A stretch of DNA of 61,727 nt, the filler included, from Choristocarpus tenellus KU-1152 (lineage: Eukaryota > Protista > Phaeophyceae): the NCBI GenBank assembly GCA_964200185.2. It is 10 parts of 10 records of this genome, joined end to end, with 100 filler letters (N's around TTAATTAATTAA, not from the genome) between each part and the next. Parts side by side here need not be neighbours in the genome. Positions count along the whole stretch, not along the records: positions 51,028 to 54,419 come from CAXNAD020020344.1; positions 54,520 to 61,727 come from CAXNAD020006533.1; 8 more parts are not named here. One strand, written 5' to 3'. The notes under the pieces are model-generated. The model ran no database searches. It was not told the DNA's origin and worked only from the letters and a program-made list of their open reading frames with translations. Of the stretch, positions 51,212 to 61,727 are shown one piece after another; the stretch's first letter is position 1; each line of letters starts with the position of its first letter. Made by a program: the position numbers and the translations under genes.

Positions 51212-53380
51212 GAGGGGGCGTACCTATATAAGAGAGGGTAGGGGCAAGCGAAAAACCCCTCTTATACCCGATCCTCTCTTATTGTATATAAGAGTGATTT
51301 TCTCTTAAACCGAGGGATTATGATAAGAGAAACCTATGTTATATTGAGCAACAGTGCTCGTAGGCACTTTATACTTGTCCCCGATCGATGACAGAACGAC
51401 GCCCTAGCTGTATGTGCTTCTCCTGTGCCTTCAAGAGTAGTTACATGTAGATATGTATTGAACATTACCCTCGGTGAGTCCATTTCAATGAAGCTGTGGT
51501 GGTGCAGCAAGCACCACATCTACACCACCCCTTGACAGTATACCAGCTTCGTATGTATATGCAGTAGTGTAACTTTGGTAAATTACACTCATTGCAATGT
51601 ATTCATCCATATGTATGGTACACCTTCCCAAGAAAAGCATCTGCAAGCTGTTGGATGGCTGGATAAACGACTCACAGTTCAAATCAAATCAAAGTTTAAA
51701 GCCAATCTTCCTCTAATGCCCTGCCCTACGTATTCAATTGCACACTACAAGCATAATATACAGTACGGTATCAAAAACGCCACCATATATCAAATACACC
51801 TGCACCGCCAAGCACCCCATCGTACGCACTGAGTAAAATAACTTATTCACTAATAAAAAAATTACGACCGCCAATAAAATCGTGAATGCCTCTAGTTTGA
51901 TTGCCCTTGCCTCAATTGGGCTGAGCCAAGCCAGCTTTGCTTTCCAGAGATAGTATGAAACATCGTTCATGCTCCACTCTTCTGTGGTGGTTTCTAAGCT
52001 TGCAAACTCGTCAGCTACTTGAGAGTATACGGCGGTGGAGGAATCGAGAACACTGAAGAGGCTACTCCTTTCTCTTCACAGCCCCCAATGAGCTGCCCCC
52101 TCTTATAAACCCATCGTCATCCTCGTCACCCAAGCTCTCATTGTCTGACTGCTACAAGGATTCCTCGAGCAGCTGGTCTTTCATGTTCTCTAGTACTGCA
52201 TTGGCCACTTCATCCTTGTCTTCCACACCAATCCACGTTCTCTCTGTGTCGATGGAAGCCTGAGACGGTTTTCGGTCGGGCTTGAGGTCCAGAGCGTCAA
52301 GAGCATTGGAGATATCCTCACTAATATATAGGGACACCTTGTGGGACGTACCTCTACTCGCAAAATGACCACCCGTGATATTACTACTGTACACAGTACA
52401 GACATTACAGTACGACAGAAATGTGCGCAAAAACAAAACAAAACAAGCATGATCCTTATCTGCAGACAGTGCAGAAAGATAATTCAATCACAACCACAAT
52501 CACAATCAACCTGCTTTCAGACTTTCAATCCACGCGCTGATGCATCTCGACGTATTTGACACACCCCTCGTAGACTTGGCATCAGGCATCAGCGTCTGCG
52601 CTTTCTCCATACTGGTTGTTGTCTCCTTCAACTTGTAGAGGGTGCTGTGACCAATTCCAAACCTTTGAGCAACTACAGTTTCCGTCATGGTCTTCAGGAG
52701 GGTCGACGCTTCCACCTTCTCTGCAAAGCTTAAGCATTTTCGATTTTCGGCACCGCGAGGCTTGTAGGACGCAACTTTCTCTGTAGATTTATTTGGCAGC
52801 ACCTTCCCCTTGCCCTTGTTCTTGCTATCGTGGCGCTTTGACACCATGTTGTCACCAGGTGGAGGACCCAAAGCCCTGCGCTTGGTGGGGCTCACGCACA
52901 ATTTACACACGTGTTTCATTTCGCTGGCGCCAAAAAGAACCCACGACGCCGCAAATGCCATGAAGATAGCCACTACAAATGCAACACTTATGGCATGTAT
53001 AGTTTGACGGACCAGGAGTACTACACTGTATGTTGCAGCTGGATCCCGGTGCGCAGGGCATCGTTATATCTGTACAATTCAGTCGTCTAAACTTGATATG
53101 TGCAGTACTGAAAGGCAAAAGATTGGTATGCTGTGTTCTGGTCGTTTGAGGAGGTTTGTACCTTTGTTATATTTTGCTTAACTTTAGACATGAGTTTTTG
53201 GGAAACTCGTTGGTCAAGTGGTGAAAAAAAAATGAGAGTTTGCTCGTATAAGAGAGAATTGGCAGGAAAAAGTCAAAACCTCTCTTATATATAGCTTGAA
53301 AAGTGGTGACAAGAAAATTTTCCCTCTTTTATATCCCGTTTTCTCTTATATCGACCTCTCTTAAATAGATACACCCAGTC
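51212..53380 (-). mobile_element. Internally deleted pogo/Tigger (Tc1/mariner superfamily) element
   Basis: TA on both sides. Imperfect TIR GAGGGGGCGTACCTATATAAGAGAGG versus GACTGGGTGTATCTATTTAAGAGAGG (reverse complement), with subterminal CTCTTATA repeats. CENP-B/psq-type HTH RKCLSFAEKVE...VAQRFGIGHSTLYKLK. No DDE core visible. Confidence 0.8.
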
Positions 53381-56300
53381 TACATGTAGATTCAGTAAGC
53401 AAGAGAGGTATTAGTTGGTAATCCCTGATTTCCTCTTGTATATTAATAGATGATACGAATGGGGTATATTGACTTTGGCGCTTTAAGGCAGTCCCTCTAT
53501 TTAAGATAATCACTCCTCTACAACATTTGGCATTTCCCTTACGTCACTCCTACCAATACACGTAAGTTTCTCCCCGTTCCATGTCTTCTGATATAGAAGG
53601 GACACCAGTCCATGGTCGGGGCCAAAGCAATGTCCCACCTGCTGAAAATGGTCGTGAACAACTTTGTTATGGAGGGTTTACTTAACGCGATAATGGAATT
53701 AGAGCAAGAACGGGATCGTCGTTTTATGAGGGATGTTAGTATTAGAGTCGGCGGCGGTGACCATCCCGCTGTCCTGACCGCTGTGTCCAGCACGCGGCCT
53801 CTGACTGGTTGTGTACTAGCCGAAGTCGGGTCCAAATCATCCCTACGGGGTGCAGGGTTCCGAAATAAGGCAGTCGATCATTCCTGCCATGCAGATATGA
53901 ATCTTTCCATCTCGGACGGCACAATCCAATGCACCGTGGCCGTAAGAGGAGGCTCGTGGATCGGGGAGATGGACCGCGAGAGAGGAGAAATATTGGGGTG
54001 GTGCCCTTGACACTTGGAAGTGATCCACGGACAACAACCGTTGTTCCTAACGAACTGATCTCTGTACAAGATGAAGACAAGCGAGGCAATGCAACCGAAC
54101 CTGCAGCTGTGACCAAGCCTGCACCAGATGGACCTGGAGCAGTCACCACACTTTGTTGAAATCTGGGATTGAATTAATCGTGATCTTGTACGGTGGCAGG
54201 TTGGTTGTGATGAAGGGGTGTCATAGTGCAATGAAGTAATGGTGAATTCATGGCGATGAACCTAGTGATATGATGTGCATAGTCAGAGGTTATTACAACA
54301 GGATCCCCTATCAGAGACGAGATCAGGACCAATAGAAGATGTTTAAGTTCGTAGATAGTGCTGCTGGTACACTATAGACACCATCGGTGGAGTAGATTAG
54401 GAAATGCAGACACCACTGGNNNNNNNNNNNNNNNNNNNNNNNNNNNNNNNNNNNNNNNNNNNNTTAATTAATTAANNNNNNNNNNNNNNNNNNNNNNNNN
54501 NNNNNNNNNNNNNNNNNNNGTGGTGCGGGTGGGTGGCGGGAGGGTGGTGGGGGGGGGGGGGGGGCGGGGGGTGGGGGGGGGGGGGTGGGGGGGGGGGAGG
54601 CATTCTATTCACTGCTGTGGTACATACAATAACTAATCTTGGACCTCATTTCTTTGCAACAGCAATATTATTTCAAAACTCAAAACACAACTAGTGCTGT
54701 CATCTGATCCTAAAGACATAAACGCTTATCATATCGTGTCGTGTACTAGTTGTGTTTTGAGTTTTTTGAGGTCTCCGACTCTCAGTCAGTCATTGAAAAA
54801 AAAGTTTTAAAGTTAGTAGTAGTGATCAACAAGGAATCATCTTGTAGGGTTTTGACAGGTGTTGATGTTAATGCTATTTTATTGTATATTGTGACACAAT
54901 GTCACAGTTGAGTACTTCAATTCAACTCTCCATCCCCATCCCCACATGTAGTTCCACATGGACAACAGTAGACTTGTTTGACACTAAGTATGACACTAAA
55001 TATAAAGTTAGGGTGATCAGTGAGATGCAGCCCTGAAATGTCCTACTCGCCTGCAGCTATCTACATACCCACCTACTGCCCAATTATTGACTAGGAAACC
55101 AACAATCACTACTAATTCCTCATACTCTCATTTTTCTCATTGAAGGAGTTCCTAAAGTTGAGCATTACATTTACTTTAAAGGTACATAGTAGTTGACTGA
55201 CTTGTTTTGGGGAATATATGTATGTATATATAATCTGTGCTAACCTGAGTAGAGTGGAACAGTGGATGCATTAGTAGGTGGGCTGACATGCCCCAGGGTG
55301 AACTTGGACGCCATGACATGGGGGGTTAAGTCTGCAGTCAAAAGAGTAATGTCCATCTCAAACTATAGTTCATATTCCAGACAAAAATATGGTGTCTTTG
55401 AGCAAGCGATACAATATCATTGTTGTGTGGAACACACTCTTCCTCCTACAAAAAGTTCTCACTCCAATATATTTAGTGCATAAAGGGTGTTTGCCAACCA
55501 TTAAAGATATCTTCTTAAGAGTCTCCTTGTGAAATTCTCTCCTAGAAAAAAAAAATTGAATATCAAAATGATATTTTGCAGCGTTAACTTGGGAGTCACC
55601 TGATTGTGGATATTCATTATTGATCAGATCATCCTTTGTACATAATACAATTGAAACAGTGTGGTGTTATCTCTATCATGGTATCAGCCGTAGCACTAAT
55701 CGCTGTAAAGGATTTTATCTTTCTTCTTCGAACTAACACAAATGTACTGGGAAAAAAAAGAACAAAGGAATATCTTACCCTTCCTCTGTCAGGATTTGGC
55801 TTCAACAGTCTCTGAAGGCAGGCTATAAATACTACACAAGATCGTACCAGACTTTTCACATCTTTTGTGGTCTTCCAAAATCTCATCAAAATCCCACTTG
55901 CTCTACCTATTCTACAGTATATCCACTGAGGAGCCCCAAGACACGCCTTCCCAATGCAGTCTTGCTTTGTTCCGTAAACTATTTGACTGATGCTGAGCAG
56001 AGGAAGCATCATTTAGTATTTACTGCCATGTCCATGGCTATTCTATTAATAGCATCCTACCACTCTAGACTGTAAGTCATCTAATAAGTCATTATGTATG
56101 ATGTACAGTGTTGGGAGGAGAGATACACAAAGCTTTCAGTTCATCGTCAGAACAACAAACCTCACTACTGTGACTACAAACCAGGGGCCTACTGAACGAT
56201 CTAAATTAATGATTGGGTCAGTCACCTTAGAGCAACTGATCATCTCTACACCTCAGTGCACTCAAACATTATCATCATCATCATCATCATCAAGGGTCAG

Positions 56301-56617
56301 TCATCACAGTCTACTACTATAAACAGGGAGAGAGAGAGCAAAGGCAGCAGATCATAGGAGGGGGAGGCAGAGGAGGGATCAGCCATAGGAACACTACCAG
56401 ACAACACCAATAACGACACTCAACTTGACTATTCAAGGTACTCCGTACAATAATCTCATCCAATAAAACGCCCTCTAATCAAAACGGGCACACATGTGGA
56501 GATCATACATAACGCCTCCAACGCACACAGTCACAGCAAACTGAAAAGCCAATGTACTAGACACAACAGAAGTACATGAGATGAACCCATCACCTTCAAC
56601 AATAAATATTTTCACTA

Positions 56618-59600
56618 CTACACAATGTTCCCCTTCCCAGACTCTTCCTCTGCATGCCCAGATGATGCCACTGCAGTGGAGCCCCCTCGACTCAGGATAA
56701 ACTTGGCTTTGGGGACTGGCTTGTCTCTGTCACAAAATGGAGAATAGTTGCATACACAATGTCCTGCACCCTTACCCCTTACCCTACGAAGTGTCAAGGA
56801 GATGCGGGTTGAACGTCGAATAATCACGCCTTCTACCTTCCAAGGAATCAATCACAGTTAGAGAGGTTGAGGAGGCAGGGTGAAAGAACTAAGGTTGGAG
56901 GGGGCAGGGGGGGGTTGGCATGACATGCGGATTCAGGAATGAAAAACAGAATGAACACCTTCCTTATCGGGATTAAAATGTATCCCACTAAGCAATCATT
57001 TTGAAGAGCTCTTGGGTAGCCTAGAGTAGATCTGTGTATACAGAATTGACATCTACAAAATTCCAATAGGTACCATTTCATGGCAGGTGCTTGTTATTGG
57101 GACCCCATTTTGTGCCCACAAGTGTATGCTGAGATTGCCTCATTGCCCAAAATGGTCACTACACCGGATAGTCAACATCCTTTAACGCCATTACTTTATT
57201 TATTACACAAAATCATAATTTAAAAAAATCATAAACGTAAACAGAAAAATGTGGTTATTTCAAACTAAACGTTTTCCTCATTGACACGTACTGTAGTGGC
57301 TATACATTCAGCATGATGAAGTCCTCCAATAACAAAATATGTAACAATTATTCTGTCCCACTGTTGTCAAACAGTCACATGTAGGTAGAGAAAATAAAAA
57401 AGACGGGGGTTTCCACAGTTACAAAAAAGAAACACCAACAGTCATGGCCCTCACGCTCACCCTGGGTCTGCCTGGCATACGCGCACACCTGAACAGTCCC
57501 CGCCTGCCAGGTACCTGAAAACACCATCCGCTATCCATTTGCCGATAACAACTAAACACACCACATAATTGGAACCACTGAACAATCAACGCTGGAAAGA
57601 ATTGAAAAAATTACAAAAGTTCAACGATGAACTGCAATACTACTACTGCAATAGTACTACTGCATTGCTGCATCTTGGGTCTGTATCCTTGATCCATCTA
57701 CCTGCAAGATAACCCCACCTACCCTCAACACCTCTCATTTGAGTGACACTCCCTGGGTATAGAGTACAGGCTGATCCAACACCCTATGATAATTAAAACT
57801 AAACTTTTTTTTTTCCACTGATCCGAACTATAAGTATTGCAATAGTTAACCACAAGCACTTTCACATTCAAAGTATAATAAACGTACATTCCCAACAATA
57901 TTATATTTTATTATTGATCTAGAAAGCAGGATATCTTCAAAAAAAAAAATTGTTAAAAAAATACAACATGAAATAAATTGATAATACGTGAACACAAGAC
58001 CGGTACGCCAAGTCTTCTATATCGTTATTCTCATATAGACAAAAAAAAAGTTCTTGCGAGAAGTTGAGGTTTTACTATAACTATGATGGGATGTTTGAGC
58101 TTTTGAATGCAGGTCAATGTCGCACTACAGTCACTAGTGTTAACAACAAAATAAAAATAAAAATAAAAAAAGAAGAGTGCCCTGCATCATTCATTTTCAA
58201 ATTAAAATACCCAACAGCACCACCAAGCCTCTACCTACCCAACATACACATGCACTACCCATTGCCAGAACTTTGAAAAATGTACAAATCAGCAACATTT
58301 GCAGTGGGGGTGGGGGCTAGGGGGATTGCGGTGATCGAACTTGCCGAAGAAATATTAATATTATTTTTAAACATTATTAATGACTGTATACAAAACCACA
58401 CATTAAAGTACGCATATAAAACTATATATATATAAAAAAAGTATGTGTATAAATATATGCACATAAATACGTACTCCTTCTATCCCATAAGTCTGTTCCT
58501 TTTATTATGCATGTATGTGGCTCTTCGGGATGACCTCCGATTTCAAACACGGATTTTTACACTAGAATACCCTTACCTAACGTTTTTTACACTAGAATAC
58601 CCTTACCTGACGTTTTTTACACTAGAATACCCTTACCTGACTTTTTTACACTAGAATACCCTTACCTGACTTTCACTCAATGCCGTTAATCCAACAATTC
58701 ATTCAGTGCCTTCTTCTGGGCCTATGCCCGCCTAACCTCTCTGTTCCATATTTTCAGAACAATTTCAGGATATACTTTTTCAAAAATACGATTCATCTTT
58801 TACGTAAAAAACGTCATCAAGGAATCCAACGCAAAAATCTGTGTTTGAAATCGGAGGTCATCCCGAACAGCCACATGCATAGAGGAACAGACTTATGGGA
58901 CAGAGAGAGCATAAATATAAAAAATATATACTTTTGCACCAAAAACAAAGGAAAAGACAGTTGATTCTATGTTCGTAGGACATACGACAGTTTCAAAAAC
59001 AGTTTCAAAAACAGTTTCAAAAACACCATGGTGGTCACACTCAATTCTGAGCAACACCACGGAGAACAGGTAGCAACTTCTGAACAAACAAAAAATAAGA
59101 CCTTGACGTGTGGTACAAAAATATCAGACATGCCAAACCCACTCTCTTAACCAAATTCAAAACATTATAATTTCGATCACTTTGCCTCCGGAAATTTAAA
59201 AAAAAAAAATCGACTGCGTGTTGGATATCTGTACAATCTTTTTTTTTGTACTCTTCACAGCTTGTACACCTCTCTTCATCACCCTTATGTTTTAATCACT
59301 AAATATCTTTAGGGTAAAATTTTAGATAAGATATGATAGATATCCCACCAACCTCTTCCTCTATTCTCCTCTCCACCCCCATCCATGACAAAAGAGATGA
59401 TGTCACAGATCATCTTATCAAAGAACATGATGACACTCCTTGAGAAAGATAGTAAACCTAATCCAACATCATGGCAGGCTGCTATACCTACATCTCCTTC
59501 CCGGTTCTCTTTGCCGCCTAGATGACTTGTTTCCCTCTGAAATTTGCCGTAAATCCATACGTGTACCCACATGAATTACCTCTGGAAGGTTGCACTCTTG

Positions 59601-60092
59601 GAGGGTAGATATGATCTGTCTTGGTATGATCTTGCCAACACCAGGAACACCTCAGACAAGTCACTACACTCAAAAACCTTCAATGCCACAATGTCAAAAT
59701 AATCTGTGCACACAAAAAACGCCTGATCCTCACACATCTAGGTATATGACACATATGACATATTCATGCCTGAAAAAGAAATAACAAAACCCAATACGCT
59801 GTAACCATGGGCATGTAAGAAGGGTGATCTACCTCACATAGTTACAGCTAACACCTTAGGAGGCATATTCAATGAGATGTTCTACACCACGGGGGGAGAC
59901 TTTTGCCTTCCAAAATAATAAATATAATCAATAAAATCAATATAATCAATATAATCAATATGATCAATGCACCATGCCTACTTAATCTCCTCCATGAACC
60001 AAGGGTAACTCTCCCATCAACACAGAACCTAATATTTTTTCCCAATTATTATTAGTAACACGACTGCAGTCAACATACCACTAACACCTCAC

Positions 60093-60141
<49 letters not shown>

Positions 60142-60996
60142 TTCACATACACCATGTCTTCAACAATCCTCACAAAATTCTGTCAACCAATCAAAATCAC
60201 CACAAAACTGTCTTCGACCAATCAAAATAATCACCAATGTGAACCGCGACACTACATGATACATTAATCATAACAGATACAAAAAGTAAAACAACTCACA
60301 CTCGAGAGATTTAGTTTCAAAAATAAAAAATAAAACTAAAAATACAACTTTTTTTCCGAACCATATACAGAATATTTAGTACATTATTATTATTAGTAGT
60401 AGTAGTAGTAGTATTAGTATTATTATTATTATCACCAAAAATCACCTTGTCTGTTTTTCGCATGGGTATTCCATGGGACCAAACGTAACGAGCTTCCCCC
60501 TCCATCACCAGCAATGATCCAGGTGGGAGATACAAGCTTCGGAGTCGAATCCCATCCGGATGCCTAAAGTCCATCACACAGCCTTTTTTTTCAAGATTGT
60601 ACGGTCATTTACAAGAGAGGGGGCAATGTCCACATCACATTGGAGAGGGGAATAGGTCACCACCAAGGAAGTCAGAAAGCAGGCAGGCAATGTTTGGAAG
60701 AAGGCAGGCAACCAAGCAAGCAGACGGGTCAGTAAAAGTAAATAATTTGTTGAGGGTCACTATGATTCAGGTCACTAGCAATAAATAACTCTGCCTGTGT
60801 TGCTTGTGATCCCCTTATTTACTTTCTCTTTTAAGGCGCATGCATACTGAGCTGTCTGTAAAATAATAAAAATAGCGTATCAAGAAACAAAAAAAAAATG
60901 AAAAAAAAAAACACCTCACCGCTTCCAAGAGAGAGGGATGCAAGACCATCATCAAAGGCAGAGTGGGTGTCCACGTGTGATGATATCCCTTGTCCA
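56618..60996 (-). CDS. ALKBH8: ALKBH8-like 2OG-Fe(II) dioxygenase, last three exons 60996-60920, 60582-60446, 56836-56618; 5'-partial
   Basis: [14 protein letters not shown] (HxD), SLSLGSG|[31 protein letters not shown] (distal His), [13 protein letters not shown] (RxxxxxR) and the Zn motif [10 protein letters not shown]. Confidence 0.9.
58511..58880. mobile_element. MITE with ~48-bp TIR and internal 30-bp tandem repeat x4 (58554-58672), in the ALKBH8 intron
   Basis: ATGTGGCTCTTCGGGATGACCTCCGATTTCAAACACGGATTTTT versus AAAAATCTGTGTTTGAAATCGGAGGTCATCCCGAACAGCCACAT. Internal unit TTTTTACACTAGAATACCCTTACCTGACG. Confidence 0.8.
60089..60152. repeat. (CATACA)n microsatellite
   Basis: Direct reading. 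Confidence 0.95.
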
Positions 60997-61244
60997 CTGC
61001 AATATATCACATGTACACAAAAGAGTAAAGGGTTAAAAACACAGTAGCTTCGAGCAGGGCACAAAAATCAAAACCTAACAGGCCGGTTAAGGTTTAGAAC
61101 AATTTCCATTTCCTTCTCAAATAAGTGTGGGAAAGACTGAAGGGGGGGGGGGGGAGGTTTGTATAAATGTAATTCAAGTCTGGACACTTCAGTACGCTTT
61201 CTTGTTTTCATGGCTCCAGCAAGACCTGATCGACAAAGCTCAAC

Positions 61245-61284
61245 CCCTAACCTTAACCCTAACCCTAACCCTAACCCTAACCCT
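61245..61284. repeat. Interstitial telomere-like (CCCTAA)n
   Basis: About six CCCTAA units, one variant. A shorter (TTAGGG) run lies at about 21959-21977. Confidence 0.85.
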
Positions 61285-61495
61285 CAAGAAGGCTTGAAGA
61301 TACATTGTGATACAATGTACACAAAATAAGTGAAAAAAAAAAAAAACTACGATTGAAGGTGTGTCTAAAATTGAAGGTTTTCACCTATCGTTCATTACTT
61401 AATTATTTATTAATAGTTACACTCCTATTAATTATTTATCTTCACAAAATAGTTCAAAGGCTAGGGAAAGGGTTAGGAGTAGCAGGGTTGGGTTT

Positions 61496-61552
61496 GGATG
61501 GGATGTTGAAGAGTGGATGGGATGTTGAAGAGTGGATGGGATGTTGAAGAGA
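61496..61552. repeat. 19-bp tandem repeat x3
   Basis: Unit GGATGGGATGTTGAAGAGT. Confidence 0.9.
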
Positions 61553-61599
61553 GAGTACTGCAAAAACACATGCAGAGTCGGACAGATAGTTGACAGACA

Positions 61600-61727
61600 T
61601 GTAACTAACCTGTAACTAACATGTAACTAACCTGTAACTAACATGTAACTAACCTGTAACTAACCTGTAACTAACATGTAACTAACCTGTAACTAACCTG
61701 TAACTAACATGTAACTAACCTGTAACT
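61600..61727. repeat. 11-bp minisatellite running off the window end
   Basis: Unit TGTAACTAAC(C/A), about 11-12 copies. Confidence 0.95.

Noticed and set aside
53539-54231. Several overlapping GC-rich ORFs
   Set aside because: No recognisable domain; possibly a retroelement ORF1 fragment, but unsupported.
58554-58672. 30-bp repeats resembling a CRISPR array
   Set aside because: No spacers; they lie inside a MITE.
61245-61727. True chromosome end
   Set aside because: The CCCTAA run is short and internal, and the upstream ALKBH8 exons must lie beyond it.

Overview
Eukaryotic, intron-rich genomic DNA. GT-AG introns, flagellar genes and TTAGGG repeats suggest an ochrophyte or brown-alga-like stramenopile (inference). 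The window is a pseudo-scaffold of ten contigs joined by nine artificial 100-bp linkers (N44-TTAATTAATTAA-N44), so adjacency across linkers is unproven. Host genes built from spliced exons: a CFAP97/KIAA1430-domain gene, phosducin-like PhLP1, axonemal dynein p28/DNALI1, a Ser/Thr kinase 5' end, an ADCY10-like cyclase/STAND-NTPase with a DEP domain, the 3' end of an unknown gene, GNL3/nucleostemin, a DAG-lipase-like gene and an ALKBH8-like dioxygenase. Mobile DNA: two related MITE families with 4-bp TSDs (Sola-like), a TA-flanked pogo/Tigger derivative, other repeats and probable non-LTR relics. The most striking system is at about 33.2-43.9 kb. A decayed, intron-containing Sola1-like transposase gene (+) lies head-to-head, across an AT-rich tandem array, with a decayed multi-exon gene (-). 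That gene encodes a ParB-like domain, a helical/HTH-like region, an acidic linker, a PHD-like finger and a beta-class N6A/N4C DNA-methyltransferase-like fold. This looks like a DNA transposon carrying a chromatin-reader/DNA-methylase-type cargo gene. All domain calls are from motif recognition by eye, not database searches.
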